A stretch of DNA of 32,000 bases from Candidatus Saccharimonadota bacterium (GCA_022843095.1 JALHOH010000002.1:300001-332000), one strand, 5' to 3'; shown: positions 1 through 8,348, numbered from the stretch's first letter. Numbers and translations are program-made. The notes: generated by a model from the sequence alone, not told the origin.

Positions 1-417
1 ATCAATGGAAGACGCAACATCCGCCTTGCAAGCACGCGCGCCCCGCAATGGAGAAAAATCCGTGATCACCTCCCCGATCTTGTGCTCGCCGATCCATTGG
101 ACAAGCTGGGAGGCGGCAGAAGCCTCGGGACGCTCCACAATCAAGAAAAACGGGATATGGAACGCCTCAAGATCGCGCGCCACCTCTTGCAATGCACGCA
201 CCTTGAACTCCCACTGCCTACGGCCTCCGCCCAGATAATTCGGGATGAGGTGATACACGACCACAAGCGGAACGCTGCGTGTCCGCGCCGTCGCTTGTGC
301 CTGATAAAGCGCCCAGTTATCCCGCACGCGCATATCCCGATCCATCCAATACGCGACGGGTCCCACACCCGCTTTCCCCGAACGCAACGAACGAGCACGC
401 AACAATTCCTGTTTCAT
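1..417 (-). CDS. phr: Deoxyribodipyrimidine photolyase, class II type; N-terminal 139 codons, gene runs off the left edge
   Basis: Own translation of the edge-open frame, which is absent from the ORF track: MKQELLRARSLRSGKAGVGPVAYWMDRDMRVRDNWALYQAQ...EVITDFSPLRGARACK. YWMxRDxRxxDNWAL and DFSPLR are class II CPD photolyase N-terminal signatures. Confidence 0.75.
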   Translation of the reverse strand, partial: MKQELLRARSLRSGKAGVGPVAYWMDRDMRVRDNWALYQAQATARTRSVPLVVVYHLIPNYLGGGRRQWEFKVRALQEVARDLEAFHIPFFLIVERPEASAASQLVQWIGEHKIGEVITDFSPLRGARACKADVASSID

Positions 418-423
418 ACCTCC

Positions 424-429
424 ACTATA
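424..429 (-). promoter_or_regulatory. -10 box TATAGT, 6 nt (ggaggt) upstream of the phr ATG at 417; leaderless-type promoter
   Basis: Minus strand reads ccagTATAGTggaggtATG. The spacing matches the pattern seen at 15 other genes. Confidence 0.55.
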
Positions 430-459
430 CTGGATGAAGCCACCGTCCTTCCATAACGC

Positions 460-484
460 AAAAACCGGCATGCGCCGGCTTTTC
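460..484 (-). terminator. Short GC hairpin plus T-run downstream of tRNA-Gln
   Basis: Minus strand reads gaaaagCCGGCgcatGCCGGttttt: a 5-bp GC stem, a 4-nt loop and a T5 run. The stem is short. Confidence 0.45.
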
Positions 485-489
485 TGCGT

Positions 490-563
490 TGGCTCCGGGA
501 CTTGGATTCGAACCAAGATAAACGGCTCCAAAGGCCGCTGTCCTACCATTAGACGATCCCGGA
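490..563 (-). tRNA. tRNA-Gln (anticodon TTG), CCA encoded
   Basis: Reverse complement is TCCGGGATCGTCTAATGGTAGGACAGCGGCCTTTGGAGCCGTTTATCTTGGTTCGAATCCAAGTCCCGGAGCCA. It has a 7-bp acceptor stem, a TTCGAAT T-loop and anticodon loop CTTTGGA. Confidence 0.9.
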
Positions 564-575
564 ATGTGCGCCCAG

Positions 576-604
576 ATAGTACGGTTGCGCGCGCTTCGCG
601 TCAA
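576..604 (-). promoter_or_regulatory. Canonical sigma70-type promoter for tRNA-Gln: -35 TTGACG, 17-nt spacer, -10 TACTAT
   Basis: Minus strand reads ggTTGACGcgaagcgcgcgcaaccgTACTATctgggcgcacat followed by the tRNA 5' end, 12 nt after the -10. Confidence 0.7.
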
Positions 605-607
605 CCG

Positions 608-613
608 CATCAT
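608..613 (+). promoter_or_regulatory. Weak -10-like CATCAT, 6 nt upstream of the ATG at 620
   Basis: Sequence reads cgCATCATacccccATG. The spacing fits the leaderless pattern, but the hexamer matches only 4 of 6 positions. Confidence 0.3.
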
Positions 614-619
614 ACCCCC

Positions 620-1198
620 ATGGAACTTCGTCACCCCGACCTTCCCGAACCCATCTTCTTGCGTCGACGGCGGAATCTGCGACGCCTCACGCTTTCCGTC
701 GGATCGCGTATCTCCGTCACCGCTCCAACCCATACCCCGCTACACACGCTCCGCGCATTCATCGCGTCGCATCTTTCTTGGATCCACCATGCGCTCGAAA
801 AACGGCGATTACGCACGACGCATGCCATTCAAGGAACCCCCGAAGACTATCGGGCACGAAAGCATCTGGCACGACAATTCGTGGAACAACGCCTCCCTCT
901 CTTAAACGCCTCCTACGGATTTGCCGTTCAGCGTCTCTCCATCCGAAATACACGGTCGCGCTGGGGAAGTTGCAGTGCGCGCGGCACCCTCACCTTTCAC
1001 TACCGCATTCTAGATTTATCCCCAGACCTTCAGGATTATCTGATCATCCATGAACTGTGCCATCTTCGCGAGCCAAATCATGGCCCAGGATTTTGGGCAT
1101 TGGTTGCAAAAGCCGTTCCACAGTTTAAACACCTCCGACGCGTGCTTCGCGCCGGGATCCCGCCCCACCACTATTCTCCGACGAGCAATCGCATGTAG
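620..1198 (+). CDS. YgjP-like metal-dependent hydrolase (DUF45 / SprT-like zinc metallopeptidase fold)
   Basis: The C-terminal motif IIHELCHLREPNHGPGFWALV matches HExxH...NHxxxFW of the YgjP/DUF45 family. Start is trimmed from the track ORF (434) to M63, because the upstream part overlaps tRNA-Gln. Confidence 0.8.
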   Translation: MELRHPDLPEPIFLRRRRNLRRLTLSVGSRISVTAPTHTPLHTLRAFIASHLSWIHHALEKRRLRTTHAIQGTPEDYRARKHLARQFVEQRLPLLNASYGFAVQRLSIRNTRSRWGSCSARGTLTFHYRILDLSPDLQDYLIIHELCHLREPNHGPGFWALVAKAVPQFKHLRRVLRAGIPPHHYSPTSNRM

Positions 1199-2772
1199 CG
1201 CGCACGCGCACGGTTGAACGCTTGGAGCTCTGCGTCCTGTGGACGTGACGGGAGACGCGATTCGAACGCCTGCATACCTTGATGGATCACGGCATGCAGC
1301 CGATCCAACGAACTATCTCGACGAAGGGTGTAATCATGCAAAGTGTCCACCATCTGTTTCCACTCTTGAAACGCCGGAGCAAGCAACGATGGAATGTGTG
1401 AGGTGACTTCTGCAAGCGCATCCGAACTCACCTCCCGCGCAGCAAGATTCGGGCGCAACAGGGGTGAAAGAAGCAGCCGTTCTCCCTGGTTACGTATTCC
1501 TTCGACCGCACCACGCAGCGCCTGCGCACGATGTTCGGTGCGCATCTGCTCCACAATCTGATCAAAGCGCCGCACCTGTGTCTGGATCTCAAATCCCGGA
1601 TCGGTCATCCGCACATACTCGAGATACAACTGCACGTCGCGATGCGGGTTTGCCATATTGATCCCACGCGCATCATACCGAGGAAATTCAAAACGTAACC
1701 GCTCTACCAATCCGCCCACAAACTGCTCTTCCGAAAGACCCGTCTCACGCGGAGCGAACTGATAAATAATGCGTCCTAACTCAGCAAAATATTCTTTTGT
1801 CTTTGTCATTCGAACCTGCTCCGTCTCTTCGCCAGAGATCGCCTCCACATACGGAATCCGCATGCGATCCGGCGCGGTCAAACGCGCCTCCATCCTGCGC
1901 TGCATGCGTTCACGCTGCTCCGGGACAAGCGCCCCAACGGTCATGGGGTCATTCGCGTGATGCACCTCATGGATAAAGGTCCCGACAAATGCCCGGGTCG
2001 ATTCCACCCATTCCGGACGGCTATACCGGAACTCACGACTACTCACTAATCGGTTGGCCGTGGCAAAATCCATCACTTGCGCTGCGCGTTGCAACTGAGG
2101 TGCGCGCTCCTCGGGACGATCCGAGGAAAGTACGATATGTCGTGCACGCAACTCTGATACGATCTCGCGCTCGGTTGGAGAAGGAACTTCTGCTCCACGA
2201 TACATTTCAATACGCGAGGGATCATGCCCATGCCCTCCAAAATGCGATCCAGAAACCTCCTGTTCCGAAGTCATCCCCATCTCCCCCTCTTCAAGATGCT
2301 CTGCGCGATTAAGCGCCAATATTTCTTGGATGTTCGCGCGACTCCCCCACCCGGCTGGCAGCGTCGACAGCAATTGACGCATCGATTCCTGGGAATAGCC
2401 GTACTGCTCAATCCCACGAATCGCCGGCGCTTCGCGCAATCCAACGCGATACCGCGTTTCCGCCCGCGCCTCTTCCTGGGTGATGCGCGGAGATGAGCTC
2501 ATGACCCCCGCCGCCCCCTGAAACGTCATCAAAATCAACGCCGCACGCATCCGAAGCGCTTGCTGCTTGGCTTTTGCAAACCCCTCCAGGATCGTTTTTG
2601 CGACCGGACTCGTTGGCGCATACAACGCTTCCAACTCTGCGCGCTCCTCCGCAGAAATCGAAATCTCTAATCCTTCCAGTGGATCTGGAGACGATGTCTC
2701 TGGGGATACGTGGGTGCGAGACGCTCGTTCTGGCGCAGGAGTGCGCGCGGAAATCTGTTCACGGCGAGGCAT
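1171..2772 (-). CDS. Hypothetical 533-aa protein with an HExxH motif (FIHEVHHANDP); last gene of the ftsEX operon
   Basis: Long ORF starting 4 nt after the upstream stop. HEVHH lies at residues 268-272 (nt 1957-1971). There is one moderately hydrophobic segment at residues 77-91 and no family I recognise. Confidence 0.6.
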   Translation of the reverse strand: MPRREQISARTPAPERASRTHVSPETSSPDPLEGLEISISAEERAELEALYAPTSPVAKTILEGFAKAKQQALRMRAALILMTFQGAAGVMSSSPRITQEEARAETRYRVGLREAPAIRGIEQYGYSQESMRQLLSTLPAGWGSRANIQEILALNRAEHLEEGEMGMTSEQEVSGSHFGGHGHDPSRIEMYRGAEVPSPTEREIVSELRARHIVLSSDRPEERAPQLQRAAQVMDFATANRLVSSREFRYSRPEWVESTRAFVGTFIHEVHHANDPMTVGALVPEQRERMQRRMEARLTAPDRMRIPYVEAISGEETEQVRMTKTKEYFAELGRIIYQFAPRETGLSEEQFVGGLVERLRFEFPRYDARGINMANPHRDVQLYLEYVRMTDPGFEIQTQVRRFDQIVEQMRTEHRAQALRGAVEGIRNQGERLLLSPLLRPNLAAREVSSDALAEVTSHIPSLLAPAFQEWKQMVDTLHDYTLRRDSSLDRLHAVIHQGMQAFESRLPSRPQDAELQAFNRARARYMRLLVGE

Positions 2773-2776
2773 ACGA

Positions 2777-3283
2777 TTAGGTCGTTCCCTTCACAAACGG
2801 TGATTTCTTTTTGAGCGCTTTATGCAAAGGTGTTGCCGCCGCATCCGGCGCTTGCACGGCAACCCGTTGCGCTTCTTCCAACGGTCGATCCCACTGGGAC
2901 AGTTCTTCTGGTGCCGTTTCACGCAACAGCCACAAAAAAGCGAGTCGTTCGGGAGGGGTAAACGGCAACCGCATCAACCGTGGCCAATACGCCGCATACA
3001 CCTCCGGCATCTCCATCACATGAAACGCCTGCCACGAGGCCCACAGCTGCATCGCTTCCAAAAATTGCGCCGTTCGTGGCGACACGCGATCGACGTACAC
3101 CTGATGCCCTTCGCCATGCGGGATATCACGATGCACAGGAACACCGCGCACCTGCCAGGCCTCCACATGATCCGCAATCACCTCTTGTCCCTCACGGGTC
3201 AAAATGATGCGCGAAAGCGCCCCGCGTTGGGTAAACACCTCTGCCAAAAACGATTGGCGATCATCAAAGAGAAGATGCAGCAT
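2777..3283 (-). CDS. Hypothetical 168-aa soluble protein, third gene of the ftsEX operon
   Basis: ORF starts 3 nt after the ftsX stop and ends 4 nt before the next ATG. It has no TM segment and no recognisable motif. Confidence 0.5.
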   Translation of the reverse strand: MLHLLFDDRQSFLAEVFTQRGALSRIILTREGQEVIADHVEAWQVRGVPVHRDIPHGEGHQVYVDRVSPRTAQFLEAMQLWASWQAFHVMEMPEVYAAYWPRLMRLPFTPPERLAFLWLLRETAPEELSQWDRPLEEAQRVAVQAPDAAATPLHKALKKKSPFVKGTT

Positions 3284-3286
3284 ATG

Positions 3287-4198
3287 TTAGCGGCGAAGAT
3301 AACGACCGACCGCAACCCACGACACCACCACCACAAGAAACAGCATGGCGCCCAGTTCGAGCCCCCCAATCAAAAGCGCGTGGTCCAAAAAGAATGCGAT
3401 GATCCCCGGATCTGCCCCATCAAACAACGGCCGCAACACCGGTTCTGCCCACACCAAGGCAACGCCATACAACGAAGCCGCCATGGCGAATGCGAACAAA
3501 GAAATCCAGACCCCCTCTAACACAAACGGGGCACGAATATAAAACGAGGACGCCCCCACAAGTCGCATGATCGCAATTTCTTCACGGTGGGTATAAATCG
3601 CGACACGAATGGCATTGAACGCGGTAAGTAACCCAAACAAGGCAAAGATGGCGACCAGGAGCGCACCCGCAAACCGAACCTGTTCTCCAACCTCCCGAAT
3701 TTTCGTCATCGCCGCCTTATGGTCGTCGTAGGTCTGCGATTGGATGTACGTCTGATACTGCGGACTTTGGATGGCTTGGAGCAAAAAATTGTAGTCGTCC
3801 GGCGATTTTGCCTTCACGACGATCTGCGCCCCCAGCGGATTGCGATCGATCTCAGACAATGCCGCTAACACCTTATTGTCTCGTTCATGGCGCTTGCGAA
3901 ACTGCGCCAATACCTCGTCCGCGGGGATGAGTTGAACGGTCCGCACCTGATCCAACGTCGTCAGATAAAATCGCGCTTGCGTCAGCACCTGTTCTGGCGT
4001 TTCGGGCTTAAACGTCACCGTGATATCCACCTTATCTTCCAGCACCGTCACAACCCGATCCATGACCACGTTCACACCTAGCAGGACATTGACGGACAGC
4101 AAGGCCATCATGAACACAAAGATCGTCGCGACCGCGAGCCATGCGTTCCGCGCAAAATGTTTCCACGACGCGGTAAAGATCCTCCAAGCGGTGATCAT
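3287..4198 (-). CDS. ftsX: Cell-division ABC transporter permease-like protein FtsX
   Basis: 303 aa with an N-terminal TM, an extracytoplasmic domain of about 120 aa and three C-terminal TMs (RLVGASSFYIRAPFVLEG). It lies directly downstream of ftsE. Confidence 0.85.
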   Translation of the reverse strand: MITAWRIFTASWKHFARNAWLAVATIFVFMMALLSVNVLLGVNVVMDRVVTVLEDKVDITVTFKPETPEQVLTQARFYLTTLDQVRTVQLIPADEVLAQFRKRHERDNKVLAALSEIDRNPLGAQIVVKAKSPDDYNFLLQAIQSPQYQTYIQSQTYDDHKAAMTKIREVGEQVRFAGALLVAIFALFGLLTAFNAIRVAIYTHREEIAIMRLVGASSFYIRAPFVLEGVWISLFAFAMAASLYGVALVWAEPVLRPLFDGADPGIIAFFLDHALLIGGLELGAMLFLVVVVSWVAVGRYLRR

Positions 4199-4204
4199 AA
4201 AGAG

Positions 4205-4891
4205 CTACCCCGTAAGAACGTATTTTCCATGCGCCTGATCCGAAACGATCCGTCCATCTTTGAGCGTAATCACCCGTCGACGTAACGCATTCACGATTTC
4301 CCGGTTGTGGGTCACAAGCACAACCGTCGTGCCAAACGCGTTGATCTTGAGCAGCAAATCCATGATGTCCTGCGTGTTCAGCGTATCCAAGTTTCCCGTG
4401 GGCTCGTCCGCCAAAATCATTTTTGGACGATGGACCAACGCCCGGGCAATCACGACGCGCTGCTGCTCTCCACCGGACATTTGTCGAGGAAACCGCTCGG
4501 CTTTGGAATCAAGACTCACGATTTTGAGTACCTGCGGCACAATTTCACGAATCCGACTGCGCGACGCCCCTGCGACTTCGAGCGCGAACGAGACATTCTC
4601 GAACACCGTTTTATTCGGCAGTAATTTGTAGTCCTGAAAAATCACCCCGATCTGCCGGCGCAATTGAGGGATCTCCCATCCACGAATGTTCGTGATATCC
4701 CAGCCACCCAAAATAATGCGACCTTGCGAGGGACGCTCGTCCGCGATCAGCATCTTTGCCAACGTCGTTTTGCCGGCGCCGGATTGGCCCACGATACTCA
4801 CGAATTCTCCTGGCTCCACTTTTAACGAAACGTCGTGCAACCCCACGATGTTGGGCGGATAGTGTTTGGAGACATGCTCCAGGTGGATCAT
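4205..4891 (-). CDS. ftsE: Cell-division ATP-binding protein FtsE
   Basis: Walker A GQSGAGKTT, signature MSGGEQQRVVIARAL and Walker B ILADEPTGNLD. Start is set to MIHLEHVSKHY (M7 of the track ORF, whose first codon is GTG) on promoter spacing. Confidence 0.9.
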   Translation of the reverse strand: MIHLEHVSKHYPPNIVGLHDVSLKVEPGEFVSIVGQSGAGKTTLAKMLIADERPSQGRIILGGWDITNIRGWEIPQLRRQIGVIFQDYKLLPNKTVFENVSFALEVAGASRSRIREIVPQVLKIVSLDSKAERFPRQMSGGEQQRVVIARALVHRPKMILADEPTGNLDTLNTQDIMDLLLKINAFGTTVVLVTHNREIVNALRRRVITLKDGRIVSDQAHGKYVLTG

Positions 4892-4897
4892 ATCTCC

Positions 4898-4906
4898 AGT
4901 ATACCA
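4898..4906 (-). promoter_or_regulatory. Extended -10 TGgTATACT, 6 nt upstream of the ftsE ATG at 4891
   Basis: Minus strand reads ccgtgTGGTATACTggagatATG. Confidence 0.65.
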
Positions 4907-4915
4907 CACGGAAAA

Positions 4916-6052
4916 TTAGACGGCGTTCGCGACCGCTTCATGCAATCCTTCATCAAACAAGGTGGGAATGATCCGCTCTGCCGTTGGTGCGGGGATAAAT
5001 CCTGCAATGGCCTTTGCCGCACGAATCTTGATGGCATCGTCGACCTGTCGGACCCCTTTATCCAACATCCCGCGGAACAATCCCGGGTAGCACAACGCAT
5101 TATTCACTTGGTTCGGATAATCACTTCGGCCCGTGGCAACCACGGCAACCCCCGCCGCCTTTGCCTCCTCTGGGGTGATTTCTGGAATCGGATTTGCAAG
5201 TGCAAACACCATGCTCCCCGACGCAAGCGTGGAAACGATCTCCTTGGTAAAGATTCCCGGACCACTCACCCCAATTAACACGTCCGCGCCACGCGCCATC
5301 TCGGCAAGCGTTCCTGTTCGTTTTTCCGGATTCGTGAACGAGGCCAACACCCGCTTTTCTTCATTCAGACCGTCACGACCCGTAAAAATCGCCCCCTGAC
5401 GATCGCAGGCGATAATCTCCTTCACCCCCACTGCGTGCAGCAGCTTCGCGATCGCAACGCCGGCTGCCCCCGCACCGCTCATGACGACACGGAGCGACGC
5501 CAGTTCTTTTCCAACGACCTTGGTGGCGTTCAAAAGCCCCGCAAGCATCACAATCGCCGTTCCGTGCTGATCGTCGTGCATGACGGGAATCGACAATCGC
5601 TCCTGCAACGTTCGTTCGATCTGAAAACAACGTGGCGCCGAAATATCCTCCAATTGGATCGCTCCAAACGAAGGAGCAATTGCCTGCACCGTCGCAATCA
5701 CCGCATCCGGATCCTGCGTATCCAGTACGATCGGCACCGCGTCAATTCCGGCAAATTGCTTAAAGATGGCGCATTTCCCCTCCATGACCGGCAACGCCGC
5801 GGCGGGTCCAATATTTCCAAGCCCAAGCACCGCCGATCCATCTGACACGACAGCCACCGTGTTCTTGCGCCACGTCAATACATCCGCCTCTTCCGGATGC
5901 TCCGCAATCCGCGACGAAACCGCACCCACACCCGGCGTATACACAAGTGCCAGCGCTTCCCGATCCGGAATCGCTACCTTTGCACGCATCTCGATCTTTC
6001 CTCGATGGGTTCGATGAAGTTCAATAGCTCGTTCTCCGTAGTTGTGTGACAT
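4916..6052 (-). CDS. NAD(P)-dependent malic enzyme, short prokaryotic type
   Basis: LALVYTPGVG, VAVVSDGSAVLGLGNIGPAAALPVMEGKCAIFKQFAGIDA and MSGAGAAGVAIAKLL are malic enzyme N-terminal and NAD-domain motifs. Start is trimmed to MSHNYGERAIELH (M22). Confidence 0.9.
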   Translation of the reverse strand: MSHNYGERAIELHRTHRGKIEMRAKVAIPDREALALVYTPGVGAVSSRIAEHPEEADVLTWRKNTVAVVSDGSAVLGLGNIGPAAALPVMEGKCAIFKQFAGIDAVPIVLDTQDPDAVIATVQAIAPSFGAIQLEDISAPRCFQIERTLQERLSIPVMHDDQHGTAIVMLAGLLNATKVVGKELASLRVVMSGAGAAGVAIAKLLHAVGVKEIIACDRQGAIFTGRDGLNEEKRVLASFTNPEKRTGTLAEMARGADVLIGVSGPGIFTKEIVSTLASGSMVFALANPIPEITPEEAKAAGVAVVATGRSDYPNQVNNALCYPGLFRGMLDKGVRQVDDAIKIRAAKAIAGFIPAPTAERIIPTLFDEGLHEAVANAV

Positions 6053-6066
6053 AGTTCCAGATTTGC

Positions 6067-6072
6067 ATCCTA
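6067..6072 (-). promoter_or_regulatory. -10-like TAGGAT, 14 nt upstream of the malic enzyme ATG (short leader)
   Basis: Minus strand reads gggTAGGATgcaaatctggaactATG. The same TAGGAT hexamer serves as the tRNA-Val -10. Confidence 0.35.
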
Positions 6073-6120
6073 CCCAACCACCCATCCTAGGACAACATTG
6101 CTTGATCCACGCCAATTCCG

Positions 6121-6126
6121 TAGGGT
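6121..6126 (+). promoter_or_regulatory. -10-like TAGGGT, 7 nt upstream of the NUDIX ATG at 6134
   Basis: Sequence reads ccgTAGGGTggcgcgcATG. Confidence 0.4.
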
Positions 6127-6133
6127 GGCGCGC

Positions 6134-6700
6134 ATGGAAGACGCACCTTTAACCCCCTCGATCACGCAAACGCTCAAAATCGGCGTTGGCATCCTCGTCG
6201 TACAAGACGGCAACCTTCTGCTCGGCAAACGCCTGGGAACCCTTGGATATGGGACCTGGGCTCCTCCCGGTGGGCATCTTGAACCCGGCGAAACACCGAA
6301 CGAGACCGCCGCACGCGAACTTGCTGAGGAGACAGGGATCGTGATCCCAGCGTATGCGTTTGCACCAACCGTTTTCGTTCAGGACAACGGAAGGGAGACG
6401 CAGAATACCTACCTGACCCTCTTCGTCGTCGCACAAACGCGACAGGCGACTCCGGTGATCAAGGAACCGAAAAAATGTGCGGAATGGCGCTGGTGCTCGT
6501 TCAACCAGCTCCCGACGCCATTCTTTTCCCCGTTCGAAGCATTGCACACGCTGATCACCCAGCGAGCTGGTCCGTTCAAAGAAACGGCGTGGAAACGATT
6601 TTTGAACGAGCGCCTACCTCCTGCGGTTGGCGACATCCTCCTCATCCCGTTCATCGATCCCGAGACCGGCGAACTCCTCTATAAACGCGAACAATTTTAA
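6134..6700 (+). CDS. NUDIX hydrolase with a C-terminal extension of about 60 aa
   Basis: Nudix box GGHLEPGETPNETAARELAEETGI (Gx5Ex7REUxEExGU). The ATG at 6134 is preferred over the TTG at 6098. Confidence 0.85.
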   Translation: MEDAPLTPSITQTLKIGVGILVVQDGNLLLGKRLGTLGYGTWAPPGGHLEPGETPNETAARELAEETGIVIPAYAFAPTVFVQDNGRETQNTYLTLFVVAQTRQATPVIKEPKKCAEWRWCSFNQLPTPFFSPFEALHTLITQRAGPFKETAWKRFLNERLPPAVGDILLIPFIDPETGELLYKREQF

Positions 6701-6726
6701 CCCCTTCCCGACTGGAAGGGGTTTTT
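6701..6726 (+). terminator. Rho-independent terminator after the NUDIX gene
   Basis: CCCCTTCCcgactGGAAGGGGttttt: an 8-bp GC-rich stem, a 5-nt loop and a T5 run, immediately after the TAA. Confidence 0.8.
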
Positions 6727-6753
6727 GCGGCAACCAGCATTCCCTGCTACGCT
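6725..6753 (+). promoter_or_regulatory. Promoter with -35 TTGCGG, 17-nt spacer and extended -10 TGcTACGCT, 8 nt upstream of the ATG at 6762
   Basis: Sequence reads ttTTGCGGcaaccagcattcccTGcTACGCTgaaactatATG. Confidence 0.55.
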
Positions 6754-6761
6754 GAAACTAT

Positions 6762-7403
6762 ATGAACGAATTACAGCAATTCGTAAAAGAATCCCTGGAA
6801 AAAGGCCAGTCCAAGGGCGCTATTCAAACGGCGCTGGAGCAGGCCCATTGGCCCAAGGAAGACGTCCAAAACGCCTTGGATGCCTACGCGGATGTCGCGT
6901 TTCCGGTCGCCGTTCCGCGTCGACGCCCCTATCTTTCGGCGCGCGAGGCGTTTTTGTACCTCGTGCTGTTCATGACGCTCTACATCAGCGCCATCTCGCT
7001 TGGCACGATCCTGTTCCAACTAGTGAACTACCTCCTTCCAGAAACCACGGCGTACGTCTACGGGTCAAACACCTACTATTCCGTCGAGGCCGTCCGCTCG
7101 GCCACCGCATCGCTCATCATCGCATTTCCCGTGTTTCTTGGGGTGAGCACGCTCCTACGACGCGCCATCGCCCGTGACCCAGAAAAACGCGGATCCAAAA
7201 TCCGTAAATGGCTGACTTATATCACGCTCTTCATCGCCGCGGGGGTCATCATCGTGGATCTCATTACGCTGGTAAATGCACTCCTTTCCGGCGATCTCGT
7301 ACTGCGTTTCTTCCTGAAAGTCCTGATCGTCCTCGTCATCGCCGCCACGATTTTTGGGTATTACCTTTGGGATTTGCGCAAAGAAGAATCACAACCCGCA
7401 TAA
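6762..7403 (+). CDS. DUF5671-like integral membrane protein
   Basis: A short N-terminal soluble helix domain is followed by 4 TMs. IRKWLTYITLFIAAGVIIVDLITLVNALLSGDLVLRFFLKVLIVLVIAATIFGYY matches my recollection of the DUF5671 family. Confidence 0.6.
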   Translation: MNELQQFVKESLEKGQSKGAIQTALEQAHWPKEDVQNALDAYADVAFPVAVPRRRPYLSAREAFLYLVLFMTLYISAISLGTILFQLVNYLLPETTAYVYGSNTYYSVEAVRSATASLIIAFPVFLGVSTLLRRAIARDPEKRGSKIRKWLTYITLFIAAGVIIVDLITLVNALLSGDLVLRFFLKVLIVLVIAATIFGYYLWDLRKEESQPA

Positions 7404-7406
7404 CGT

Positions 7407-7892
7407 ATGAACCCGCTCCGCGCATTCGTGTTTCTCGTCTCCGCCGTTGTTCTGCTGACGGCCGGGGCGGGACTCTATCTCTCCGGCTCCCCGACCGTAA
7501 ACCGCCGTCTCGCGTTGGATACGCAGCGCCTGAACGACCTGCAATCCATCACGTACGCCATGGATCAATTCTGGAATCTGCGCGAACGTCTGCCGGATAC
7601 ACTCGAAACACTCCAACAGACGCGCGAAGTGTACGTCCAAAACATCGTGGATCCAGCCACAAAAACGCCCTATGCGTTTCGCCGCACCGACGCGGATTCC
7701 TACGAATTGTGTGCGACGTTTGATCTCCCCTCGCCCGATCTAGAAAAAAGCGACGGACGCTACGTCTCCTATCCCGCGGGGCCGGGAAACCTGTTTTGGC
7801 AGCATCCCGCCGGAGAAAAATGTTTTTCCCTGGACGTGAACAAACCGGTAAAACCAGTGACACCCGAACCAACCCGCCTTCCCAACCCGTAA
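7407..7892 (+). CDS. Membrane-anchored pilin-like protein (hypothetical)
   Basis: An N-terminal hydrophobic helix is followed by RRLALDTQRLNDLQSITYAMDQFW...DPATKTPYAF...YELCATF, resembling a type IV pilin/pseudopilin globular domain. There is no G/F prepilin cleavage motif. Confidence 0.45.
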   Translation: MNPLRAFVFLVSAVVLLTAGAGLYLSGSPTVNRRLALDTQRLNDLQSITYAMDQFWNLRERLPDTLETLQQTREVYVQNIVDPATKTPYAFRRTDADSYELCATFDLPSPDLEKSDGRYVSYPAGPGNLFWQHPAGEKCFSLDVNKPVKPVTPEPTRLPNP

Positions 7893-7898
7893 TCGCGT

Positions 7899-8342
7899 AT
7901 GGATACCACGAAAATCGCCATTCTTCAGCTCCCGTTCCACGACCTGCAAGAACTGCACCGGGCGTTGCTTGGGCGTTTTCTCATGGAAGAGGCCGTGCGT
8001 CAGGAACGGGGACTTGAACAGCCGGAATATCCTCCACTCCTCAAGCGACTGGAGTATCATCTAGGATTGTCCGAGGAGGCTGCGCACGAACTCTATCACC
8101 GCGTGGAGGATGAACTGTGGGAATACGCCTGGTACACCTACACCGATGAATGGGCCTTGCATCGCGCACGTCGAGACGTCGAAAAAGACCTGGGTAAACA
8201 AAAAGCGGCGTTGCGACCGGAAGAATTGGAAGCGATGGTTGACCGTCGATACCAAGAAAAATTCGAACAATACGTCCAAGAAATTGACATGCACGAAGAA
8301 ACGACGCGCAAGGCGGTCCGCAAAAACAAAACGATCAAATAA
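7899..8342 (+). CDS. Hypothetical 147-aa acidic, helical protein
   Basis: ORF starts 6 nt after the upstream stop. No motif recognised. Confidence 0.45.
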   Translation: MDTTKIAILQLPFHDLQELHRALLGRFLMEEAVRQERGLEQPEYPPLLKRLEYHLGLSEEAAHELYHRVEDELWEYAWYTYTDEWALHRARRDVEKDLGKQKAALRPEELEAMVDRRYQEKFEQYVQEIDMHEETTRKAVRKNKTIK

Positions 8343-8348
8343 TCCTGC

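Noticed and set aside
418-423. GGAGGT immediately upstream of the phr ATG, which looks like a perfect Shine-Dalgarno. There is also an AAGGAG at 28203-28208 on the plus strand.
   Set aside because: The first has zero spacing to the ATG, which is incompatible with SD function; it is the spacer between the -10 box and the start. The second is not followed by any start codon within 5-12 nt and lies opposite the coding strand of the locus.
434-619. N-terminal 62 codons of track ORF 434-1198
   Set aside because: This part overlaps tRNA-Gln (490-563) and its promoter. The YgjP-family homology begins after the ATG at 620.
2822-3520. 232-aa plus-strand ORF across the ORF168/ftsX junction. Similar antisense ORFs occur at 25487-26188, 26596-27165, 27625-28194, 20660-21073 and 21592-22134.
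   Set aside because: All are antisense to genes with recognisable motifs (FtsX, GT4, GT2, MurE-like). All have Arg/Pro/His-rich compositions with no motifs.
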